64,000 nucleotides of DNA from an uncultured Actinomycetota bacterium (lineage in GTDB: Bacteria > Actinomycetota > Actinomycetes > Mycobacteriales > CAVVZQ01): NCBI GenBank assembly GCA_963752715.1, contig CAVVZQ010000006.1, positions 93,179 to 157,178 of the forward strand. The letters run 5' to 3'. The notes under the pieces were generated by a model. That model was given only the letters and a program-made list of their open reading frames with translations. It had not been told where the DNA came from and did no database searches. This document shows positions 56,816 through 64,000 of the stretch, in pieces. Made by a program: the position numbers and the translations under genes. Every line of letters starts with the position of its first letter. Within the stretch, counting starts at the first letter, position 1.

Positions 56816-58465
56816 CTACAGCGTGTCGCGGGGGACGTAGGTGCCCCACACGTCGCGCAGCGCGTTGCAGACCTCTCCCACGGTGGCCTCGGCCCGCAGC
56901 GCCTCCTTGAGCGGGTAGAGCACGTTGTCGCTGCCCGCCGCCGCCCGTCGGACCGCGGCCAGGTGGCGCTCCACCTCGGCGCTGTCCCGCCGGGCGCGCA
57001 GGGCGGCCAGGCGCTCCCGCTGGTCGGCTTCGATGGACGGGTTCACGCGCAGCGGCTCGTAGCTCTCCTCCTCCTCGACGGTGAACCGGTTCACGCCCAC
57101 GACGGTGCGGGAACCGTCTTCGACGGACATCGCCACGTCGTACGCCGAACGCTCGATCTCGCCCTTCTGGAAGCCCTGCTCGATCGCCGCTACCGCCCCG
57201 CCCGCGTCCTCCACGCGCCTGATCAGCGCGTCGGCCTCGGCTTCGAGCTCGTCGGTGAGGGCCTCCACGACGTAGGAGCCCGCCCACGGGTCCACGGTCG
57301 CAGTGAGATCGCTCTCGTAGGCGATGACCTGCTGGGTTCGCAGCGCGAGCCGTGCCGCCTTCTCCGTGGGGAGCGCGATCGCCTCGTCGTAGGAGTTCGT
57401 GTGGAGCGACTGGGTGCCGCCCATGACCGCCGCCAGCGCCTGAACCGTCACCCGGACCAGGTTCACCTCGGGCTGCTGCGCGGTCAGCTGTACCCCGGCC
57501 GTCTGGGTGTGGAACCGCAGCATCATCGACTTGGGGTTCGTCGTGCCGAACTGCTCCTTCATGATGCGTGCCCACAGCCGCCGGGCAGCGCGGAACTTGG
57601 CGACCTCCTCCAGCAGCGTCGTACGGGAGACGAAGAAGAACGCCAGACGCGGCGCGAACTCGTCCACCTGCTGCCCGGACGCGATGGCCGCCCGGACGTA
57701 CTCGATGCCGTCGGCCAGGGTGAAAGCCACCTCCTGCGCCGGCGTGGCCCCCGCCTCCGCCATGTGGTACCCGGAGATCGAGATGGTGTTCCAGCGGGGT
57801 ACCTCGGTGCGGCAGTAGGAGAAGATGTCGGTAGTGAAGCGCAGCGACTCCTGGGGCGGATAGATGTACGTCCCGCGGGCGATGTACTCCTTCAGCACGT
57901 CGTTCTGGATCGTGCCGGTCAGGGCGCTCCCCGGGATTCCCTGCTCCTCGCCGACCAGCTGGTAGAGCAGCAGCAGGACCGCGGCCGGAGCATTGATCGT
58001 CATCGACGTGGAGACCTTGTCCAGCGGAATCCCCCGAAAGAGGGTCCGCATGTCCTCCAGGGAGTCGATCGCCACGCCCACCTTGCCCACCTCACCGTGG
58101 GCCACCGGATCGTCGGAGTCGTACCCCATCTGGGTCGGCAGGTCGAAGGCGACCGAGAGGCCCGTGGTGCCGGCGCCGAGCAGCTGGTGGTAGCGCTCGT
58201 TGGACTCCTTCGCCGTCCCGAATCCCGCGTACTGGCGCATGGTCCAGGGTCGCTGGGTGTACATCGTCGGATAGACACCGCGCGTGAAGGGGTAGCTGCC
58301 GGGCTCCCCGAGCCGGTCCTCGAGACCCTGCGCGACATCCTCTGCGTGGTAGACAGGTCGCAGCGGGAGACCGGACTCGGTCAGTCGCTCGGCGCTGTCC
58401 GGGCGTCGTGAGTGCTCCTGGCTCATGAGCCGAGGGTATCCAGGCCCCGCCGTGATCGGAGTCAT
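56816..58465 (-). CDS. Methylmalonyl-CoA mutase-family large (substrate-barrel) subunit lacking a B12-binding domain
   Basis: [35 protein letters not shown]...[21 protein letters not shown]. 549 aa, ending before any DxHxxG cobalamin domain. ATG 58426 is an alternative start. Confidence 0.85.
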   Translation of the reverse strand: MTPITAGPGYPRLMSQEHSRRPDSAERLTESGLPLRPVYHAEDVAQGLEDRLGEPGSYPFTRGVYPTMYTQRPWTMRQYAGFGTAKESNERYHQLLGAGTTGLSVAFDLPTQMGYDSDDPVAHGEVGKVGVAIDSLEDMRTLFRGIPLDKVSTSMTINAPAAVLLLLYQLVGEEQGIPGSALTGTIQNDVLKEYIARGTYIYPPQESLRFTTDIFSYCRTEVPRWNTISISGYHMAEAGATPAQEVAFTLADGIEYVRAAIASGQQVDEFAPRLAFFFVSRTTLLEEVAKFRAARRLWARIMKEQFGTTNPKSMMLRFHTQTAGVQLTAQQPEVNLVRVTVQALAAVMGGTQSLHTNSYDEAIALPTEKAARLALRTQQVIAYESDLTATVDPWAGSYVVEALTDELEAEADALIRRVEDAGGAVAAIEQGFQKGEIERSAYDVAMSVEDGSRTVVGVNRFTVEEEESYEPLRVNPSIEADQRERLAALRARRDSAEVERHLAAVRRAAAGSDNVLYPLKEALRAEATVGEVCNALRDVWGTYVPRDTL

Positions 58466-58525
58466 GCGCAGAAGTCCGTTCCGACGGGTGTGTGCAGCAT
58501 CTCAGGGAGCCTGAGCAGCGGGAGG

Positions 58526-60175
58526 ATGAGTGCGATGCCTCCGATGCCTCCGATGCCTCCGACACCTGCCCCCGACCCGGGGGCCGACCGACTGGTTGCC
58601 CGGCGCGTGGCCGACCGATACCGGCTGCTGCAGGTCGTCGGCCGCGGCGGGATGGGTACGGTGTGGCGAGCCTACGACGAGCTCCTCGGCCGGGAGGTGG
58701 CCGTCAAGGAGCTCAGACAGCCACCCGGGACCTCGGACGCCGACGCCCGAACGCTGGCCGAGCGCACCCTGAGGGAGGCGAGGGCGGCGGGTCGGCTGGC
58801 CAACCCGCACGTCGTGACCGTCTACGACGCGGTCGTCGACGACAGCCGTCCCTGGATCGTCATGGAGCTCCTTCGGGCCCGGAGCCTGGCGGCCGTCGTC
58901 GAGGAGGACGGCCCGCTGCCGCCGGATCGGGTGGCGCGGATCGGCCTGCAGGTGCTCTCCGCGCTGGAGGACGCCCACCGGCACGGCATGCTGCACCGCG
59001 ACGTCAAGCCCGGCAACGTGATGCTGGGTGCCGGCGACTGGGTGACGCTCACCGACTTCGGTCTGGTGACATCGGCCGGTGACCCACACCTCACGGCTGC
59101 CGGGGTGGTCCTCGGTTCGCCGGACTACGTCGCACCCGAGCGGATTCGCGGCAATGCCGAGCCCGGGCCGCCGTCGGACCTCTGGTCGCTCGGCGCCACC
59201 CTGTACGCGGCGGTGGAGGGCCGGGCGCCGTTCCACCGCGACGGAGGGCTGGAGACCGTCAGCGCGGTGCTCAACGACAAGCCCCTCGCCATGCGCAACG
59301 CCGGCCCGCTCAAGGGTCTGCTCTCAGGTCTGCTGAAGAAGGATCCGGACTCCCGCATCGACGCGGCGGACGCTCGAGAGCTTCTGCAGCGGGCTGCGCT
59401 GCGCGGGGTGCCGCCGGGTGGCGCTGCGCCGCTCCCACGGGCCGCGCCGAAGGCGACCCCTACCGATACGACTCCGCCGCCGGCGCCAGAGCCCCGTACT
59501 CCTCCGGTGCCCGAGCCGGCTCCGCCGTGGGTTCCGCGTCCGCGAGCGCAGCCGGAAGGCACGCGGCGTCCGACGCCACGCCGGCGGACCGTGGTACTCG
59601 TCGCCCTGCTCGCATCCCTGGTCGCGGTAGTGGTGGGATTCGTCGCGACCCGCGCCTCCGAGGACTCCGCGGCCCCGACGACTGCCCCGAGCCAGCCGCC
59701 GGCTGCACCGGAAGCACCGGAAGCACCGCAGACGTACCAGATCTACACCCACCCGGTCGGATACACCCTTGCCGTACCGGTGGGATGGGTCTCCTCCGGA
59801 CCAGACGAGGCAGCCACGTTGACCGACCCCACCGGCACCACAGTGCTGCGCGTGGAGACCGCACCCGCCGATCCGGCGGGCTCACTGGCCGCACTGCAGC
59901 AGGAGCACGACCTGGCGTCCGCGGGAACGGCGGGCTATGAGCTCATCGCGCTGGAGCAGGTGGACTACCGTAGCTACGACGCCGCTGAGTGGGACCGTAC
60001 GGAGGACTCCGACGCAGGTCAGCGTCGCATCCGCAGTCGTGCATTCACCGACCCGGCCCGGCCGGGCGAGCCCGAGCAGTACGTCGTCACCCTGGAGACG
60101 CCGGCGGAGTCCTGGCAGCTGCTCGAGCCGGTGTTCACCGCTGCGATGCAGACATTCCAGACGCCACGGGCCTGA
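58526..60175 (+). CDS. Transmembrane Ser/Thr protein kinase with an uncharacterised extracellular domain
   Basis: GRGGMGTVW..VAVK, HRDVKPGNVML, DFGL, APE. A Pro-rich linker, the TM helix VVLVALLASLVAVVVGFVA, and a ~170-aa ectodomain. In-frame ATGs lie at 58526, 58535, 58544 and 58553. Confidence 0.88.
   Translation: MSAMPPMPPMPPTPAPDPGADRLVARRVADRYRLLQVVGRGGMGTVWRAYDELLGREVAVKELRQPPGTSDADARTLAERTLREARAAGRLANPHVVTVYDAVVDDSRPWIVMELLRARSLAAVVEEDGPLPPDRVARIGLQVLSALEDAHRHGMLHRDVKPGNVMLGAGDWVTLTDFGLVTSAGDPHLTAAGVVLGSPDYVAPERIRGNAEPGPPSDLWSLGATLYAAVEGRAPFHRDGGLETVSAVLNDKPLAMRNAGPLKGLLSGLLKKDPDSRIDAADARELLQRAALRGVPPGGAAPLPRAAPKATPTDTTPPPAPEPRTPPVPEPAPPWVPRPRAQPEGTRRPTPRRRTVVLVALLASLVAVVVGFVATRASEDSAAPTTAPSQPPAAPEAPEAPQTYQIYTHPVGYTLAVPVGWVSSGPDEAATLTDPTGTTVLRVETAPADPAGSLAALQQEHDLASAGTAGYELIALEQVDYRSYDAAEWDRTEDSDAGQRRIRSRAFTDPARPGEPEQYVVTLETPAESWQLLEPVFTAAMQTFQTPRA
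58534..58560 (+). repeat. 9-bp tandem repeat GATGCCTCC, 3 copies
   Basis: Encodes (MPP)3 at the kinase N-terminus. Each unit carries an in-frame ATG and a CCTCC. Confidence 0.95.
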
Positions 60176-60261
60176 TCATCTCCCTGTCGCGGGGTGGGGA
60201 CCCGTGGTTGTCGGCAGCCCGCACCCCAGTAGGGTCTGCGTCAGACCGAGGAGGTTCGACG

Positions 60262-61875
60262 ATGACAGATGCCGCAGCCCTGCGGGCCCAAGCCGAAGCC
60301 TGGATCGCCCAGGACCCCGACCCCTTCACCCGGGACGAGCTGACCAAGGTTCTCGATGATCCCGCGGAACTCGAGGACCGCTTCGGCAGCCGTCTGAAGT
60401 TCGGCACAGCCGGCCTTCGGGGAGCCCTGGGTGCCGGTCCCAACCGCATGAACCGCGTCGTCGTAGCCCAGGCGGCTGCCGGGCTGGCGGCGTACCTCCT
60501 GCGTACGCCCGCCGAGCAGCGCAAGGGCCGTGTCGCGATCGGCTACGACGCCCGCTACAACAGCCGCCAGTTCGCCATGGACACCGCCGAGATCCTGCAG
60601 GGTGCGGGCTTCGACGCCTACGTCGCCCCCAGAATCCTGCCCACGCCCTTCGCCGCCTTCTGCGTCCAGCACCTCGACTGCGACGCCGGCGTGATGGTGA
60701 CCGCCAGCCACAACCCGCCCCAGGACAACGGGTACAAGGTCTACGCGGGCAACGGCGCCCAGATCATCCCCCCGATGGACCGGGAGATCGAGGCGGAGAT
60801 TCTCAAGGTCGCCGAACGCCCGATCAGCGAGATTCCGCGCCGGATCGGCTTCATCGACACACCCGAGGAAGTGGTCGAGGAGTACTTCAACCGGGTTGCC
60901 GCCCTGGCACGCGCCGAGGACCGCAACATCACGATCGCCTACAGCGCGATGCACGGCATCGGCGCCGAGAGCGTGCTGACGACGCTGCAGAAGGCAGGGT
61001 TCCCGCCGGTGGCCGTGGTACCCCAGCAGCTGGCGCCCGACCCCACCTTCCACACGGTCGACTTCCCGAACCCGGAAGAGCCGGGAGCGATGGACCTGGT
61101 GGAAGAGCTCGCTGCCAACATAGGTGCCGACATCGCGATCGCCAACGACCCGGACGCCGACCGCATCGCGCTGTCCATCGGCGGGCGGAGGCTCACCGGG
61201 GACGAGACCGGGTACCTGCTCGGTGACTACGTCATCCGCACCACCAGCGGCCCGGACCGGATGGTGGCCAACTCGCTGGTGTCCTGCTCACTGCTGGGCG
61301 AGATCGCCAAGAAGCACGGTGTGGAGCACAAGGAGACCCTCACCGGCTTCAAGTGGATCATGAACGCCGGCGACAACATCATCTACGGATATGAGGAGGC
61401 GCTCGGCTACGGCTGCGCCCCGAGCATTGCCCGGGACAAGGACGGCGTGTCAGCCGCCATCATGGCCTGCGACATCGCCGCTGCGCTGAAGAAGGAGGGC
61501 AAGACCATCCTGGACCGTCTCGACGAGCTTGCCCTCGAGTACGGCTACTACGCCACCGGGCAGCTCTCGGTTCGCGTGGAGGACCTGTCCCTGATCGGCA
61601 AGGCGATGGACCACCTGCGGGCGAACCCGGTGACCGAGGTACTCGGCAAGCCCGTCACGGTCTTCAACGACGACACCGAGAACAAGATTGTTACCGTCAA
61701 GGCCGACGGGGTTCGGGCGATCGTCCGTCCCTCCGGCACCGAGCCCAAGCTCAAGTGCTACCTGCAGGTCGTGGTCCCGGTAGTGGACGAGGACCTTGCA
61801 TCGGCGCGTACGCGCGGAGACGAGTTCCTCGCTCTGCTCAAGGAGGAGATGCGGGTCGCCCTGGGCCTCGCATAG
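60262..61875 (+). CDS. Phospho-sugar mutase (PmmB / PGM-PMM superfamily)
   Basis: ATG at 60262 lies 7 nt after GAGGAGG. FGTAGLRG..., VTASHNPPQDNGYKVY, and DPDADR. Confidence 0.9.
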   Translation: MTDAAALRAQAEAWIAQDPDPFTRDELTKVLDDPAELEDRFGSRLKFGTAGLRGALGAGPNRMNRVVVAQAAAGLAAYLLRTPAEQRKGRVAIGYDARYNSRQFAMDTAEILQGAGFDAYVAPRILPTPFAAFCVQHLDCDAGVMVTASHNPPQDNGYKVYAGNGAQIIPPMDREIEAEILKVAERPISEIPRRIGFIDTPEEVVEEYFNRVAALARAEDRNITIAYSAMHGIGAESVLTTLQKAGFPPVAVVPQQLAPDPTFHTVDFPNPEEPGAMDLVEELAANIGADIAIANDPDADRIALSIGGRRLTGDETGYLLGDYVIRTTSGPDRMVANSLVSCSLLGEIAKKHGVEHKETLTGFKWIMNAGDNIIYGYEEALGYGCAPSIARDKDGVSAAIMACDIAAALKKEGKTILDRLDELALEYGYYATGQLSVRVEDLSLIGKAMDHLRANPVTEVLGKPVTVFNDDTENKIVTVKADGVRAIVRPSGTEPKLKCYLQVVVPVVDEDLASARTRGDEFLALLKEEMRVALGLA

Positions 61876-62014
61876 CTTCTGAGATTTCGACGGATCGGAC
61901 TCGCATCGCCGGGCCTGGCATCGCCGGGCCCGGCGATCCGCGATCGGCATGATCGCCCCGCCGTGGCACAAGAACATCGAGCGCGGATCCCCGGCTGGAC
62001 GACCAAACCTCCCG

Positions 62015-62039
62015 CGGTCCGCGCCCCTAGCGCGGACCG
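62015..62039. terminator. Hairpin CGGTCCGCGC-cccta-GCGCGGACCG between convergent pmmB-like and upp genes
   Basis: 10-bp perfect stem. The loop contains the upp stop codon (cta at 62027-62029). Confidence 0.45.
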
Positions 62040-62650
62040 AACTGCCTGTCCCCGGCATCTCCCAGCCCCGGCACGATGAACGCGCTCTCGTCGAGGTGCT
62101 CGTCCACCGCTGCCGTCACCACGGTCAGATCGAGGCCGGACTCCTCCAGGGCGGCTAGGCCCTCCGGCGCGGCCAGAACGCACACCACGGTCAGCTTCCG
62201 CGCGCCGCGGTCGAACACGAGCCGACACGCCCGCAGCAACGAGCCACCTGTGGCCAGCATCGGGTCGAGGAGGAACACCGGACGACCTGCGACGTCCTCC
62301 GGGAGGGACTCCAGATAGGCGTGCGGCTCGTAGGTGGTCTCGTCCCGGGCCATCCCGATGAAGCCGACCTGGGTACTCGGCATCAGCGAGAGCGCGGCGG
62401 GAAGCATTCCCAGACCAGCCCGGAGGACGGGGACGACCAGGGGCTGGACGTCGATTGCCACCCCGTCGGTCGCAGCGAGGGGCGTCTGTACGGTCAGCGA
62501 CGCCATCGGCAGCTCCCGGGCTGCCTCGTACACCAGCATCCTCGACAGGTCGTCCAGCGCCAGCCGGAAGGCGGCATTGCCCGCGGTCCTGTCCCGCATC
62601 CGGGTCAGGCGGTCAGCAGCGAGCGGATGGGTGATCTGAACGAGGCGCAC
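62027..62650 (-). CDS. upp: Uracil phosphoribosyltransferase
   Basis: GTG at 62650 (MRLVQITHPL...). VPVLRAGLGM, LLDPMLATGGS, and IVPGLGDAGDR. Confidence 0.9.
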   Translation of the reverse strand: MRLVQITHPLAADRLTRMRDRTAGNAAFRLALDDLSRMLVYEAARELPMASLTVQTPLAATDGVAIDVQPLVVPVLRAGLGMLPAALSLMPSTQVGFIGMARDETTYEPHAYLESLPEDVAGRPVFLLDPMLATGGSLLRACRLVFDRGARKLTVVCVLAAPEGLAALEESGLDLTVVTAAVDEHLDESAFIVPGLGDAGDRQFGPR

Positions 62651-62742
62651 CCCGCCACCGTATCGGACGCGACCCCGCATTCGGGGCGTCCGAACCGACC
62701 CCTAGACTGCGCAGCGAGGACGAGTGTCTGACTGGAGGACGC

Positions 62743-63444
62743 ATGGACGCCGCGCACGTCGCACACATGATCGACCACACGCTTCTCAAGCCTGAGGCGA
62801 CCGTTGACCAGGTTCGGGAGCTGTTCAAGGAGGGGGGCCAGATGGGAGTCTTCTCCTGTTGCGTGTCGCCGTCCATGCTGCCCCTGCCGGTGGACACCGT
62901 GCCGGAAGGCGTCAAGGTCTGTGTCGTGGTTGGCTTTCCCTCCGGAGCGGTACGCCCGGAGATCAAGGCCGCCGAGGCGGCCTACGCGGTGGCCAGCGGA
63001 GCAGACGAGGTCGACATGGTCATCAACTTCGGATGGGCGAGGGAGGGCCGCTTCAGCGAGATCCAGGCGGACATCCAAGGCGTGCGGGATGCTATCCCCG
63101 GGACGCTGCTCAAGGTCATCCTGGAGAGCTCTACCCTCACCGACGACCAGATCGTCCGGTGCTGCGAGGCTTCAGTTTCCGCCGGCGCGGACTTCGTCAA
63201 GACCTCGACGGGAATGCACGCCAGCGGCGGCGCATCAGTCCACGCCATCTCGCTGATGCGACAGACCGTCGGACCGGACATCGGGGTGAAGGCCAGCGGC
63301 GGCATCCGGGACGGCGCGTTTGCCCTCGCACTGATCGAAGCCGGTGCCAGCCGACTCGGAGTATCGGGCACCCAGAAGGTTCTCGAGGACATCGCCGCAG
63401 GCGCGGTCGCCGACGACACGCAGCCGGCGCCTCAGGGCTACTGA
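62743..63444 (+). CDS. deoC: Deoxyribose-phosphate aldolase
   Basis: IDHTLLKPEAT...VVGFPSG...DMVIN...FVKTSTG...VKASGGIR. Confidence 0.92.
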   Translation: MDAAHVAHMIDHTLLKPEATVDQVRELFKEGGQMGVFSCCVSPSMLPLPVDTVPEGVKVCVVVGFPSGAVRPEIKAAEAAYAVASGADEVDMVINFGWAREGRFSEIQADIQGVRDAIPGTLLKVILESSTLTDDQIVRCCEASVSAGADFVKTSTGMHASGGASVHAISLMRQTVGPDIGVKASGGIRDGAFALALIEAGASRLGVSGTQKVLEDIAAGAVADDTQPAPQGY

Positions 63445-63484
63445 GCGTCCGCCACCAGGCCTGAAGCCAAGAGCGAAACCGTCA

Positions 63485-63512
63485 ACGGCCCCCGGGGAAC
63501 CCCGGGGGCCGT
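63485..63512. terminator. Perfect 13-bp-stem hairpin ACGGCCCCCGGGG-aa-CCCCGGGGGCCGT between convergent deoC and add
   Basis: Read directly from the sequence. Located 40 nt after the deoC stop and 80 nt after the add stop. Confidence 0.7.
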
Positions 63513-63591
63513 CGCGTGTCGTGGCCTCGTGTCGTGGTACCCAGCGTCGCTCGCGCAGGACCGCGTCGCTCTGGGTCGCTTCACACCCCGC

Positions 63592-64000
63592 TCAGACGCG
63601 GTCCGCATAGAAGGGCACCAGCTGCTCGCGCAGCAGACGCTCCCGCTCCTCGTACGGCAGGAAAGCCGCCTGCATCGCGTTCACCTCGACGCGAGCCACA
63701 TCGGCCCAGCCCCAACCGAACGCATCGCTGACCGCAGCCAGCTCGGACGTGGTCGTACAGTTGCTCATCAGCCGGTTGTCGGTGTTGACGGTGACCGCGA
63801 AGCCGAGGCTGTGCAGCAGCCCGATTGGGTGTGCGGCGTAGGTGTCCGCGATGCCGGTCTGCAGGTTCGAGGTCGGGGCAACCTCCAGTGGGATCTGGCG
63901 GTCCAGGACGTACTGGGCCAGTCGGCCCAGCCGCGGCGCGCCCCCTCCCGGCGCCTCCTCGACCTCATCCGCGATGCGCACCCCGTGGCCGAGTCGCTCG
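63592..64000 (-). CDS. add: Adenosine deaminase, C-terminal part (5' end lies beyond the window)
   Basis: ...PLEVAPTSNLQTG...HPIGLLHSLGFAVTVNTDNRLMS... The frame remains open to position 64000. Confidence 0.85.
   Translation of the reverse strand, partial: ERLGHGVRIADEVEEAPGGGAPRLGRLAQYVLDRQIPLEVAPTSNLQTGIADTYAAHPIGLLHSLGFAVTVNTDNRLMSNCTTTSELAAVSDAFGWGWADVARVEVNAMQAAFLPYEERERLLREQLVPFYADRV

Noticed and set aside
1-64000. tRNA, rRNA, transposase, integrase, prophage or defence-system genes
   Set aside because: I saw no T-arm-like GGTTCGAATCC or cloverleaf candidates in the few gaps longer than 100 nt. No ORF has transposase, integrase, nuclease-helicase or toxin-antitoxin hallmarks. The gene content is conserved housekeeping.

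Overview
The window is about 72% GC and gene-dense, and looks like a core chromosomal segment of an actinobacterium. From memory, gene order follows Mycobacterium tuberculosis Rv3244c-Rv3313c. In order: lpqB-mtrB-mtrA; ahcY; a manB / Trm112 / SIS / cation-diffusion-facilitator (CDF) operon; DUF3499; whiB; a contiguous F420 set fbiC-fbiA-fbiB; manC plus a GT4 glycosyltransferase; a cell-wall locus (two paralogous VanY-motif + PG-binding proteins around wbbL, then an LCP ligase and a TIGR03089 gene); an acyl-CoA dehydrogenase (ACAD); purE-purK; a lineage-specific insert (degenerate GGDEF protein, an ECF sigma fused to its anti-sigma, an ACAD); gtrA; leucine-catabolism and biotin genes (carboxyltransferase, HMG-CoA lyase, birA, accD5-accE5, accA3); maf; plsC; a GNAT + acetoacetyl-CoA synthetase pair; lpdA; a gamma-glutamylcyclotransferase (GGCT); an M20 amidohydrolase; a GCS2 ligase; a split acyl-CoA mutase; a Ser/Thr kinase; a phosphosugar mutase; upp; deoC; add (partial). 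I saw no rRNA, tRNA, CRISPR array, transposase or integrase. I do not see a clear novel multi-gene system. Five things deserve a second look. (1) GTCAC(A) direct repeats with 9-bp phasing, resembling published MtrA boxes, lie upstream of both paralogous peptidoglycan-enzyme genes, and mtrAB-lpqB is in the same window. (2) Six single-base frame breaks occur in conserved genes, five of them at G/C runs, so either the sequence has errors or homopolymer tracts are switching genes on and off. (3) A family of 9-15 bp tandem repeats sits at gene ends and 5' regions; several copies form canonical G-quadruplex motifs or are translated as peptide repeats. (4) A one-polypeptide ECF sigma / zf-HC2 anti-sigma / TM protein lies back to back with a degenerate GGDEF gene. 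(5) A polytopic membrane protein is fused to a PLC-like phosphodiesterase domain. Many long R/P/S-rich ORFs in the track are antisense artefacts of high GC and were ignored.
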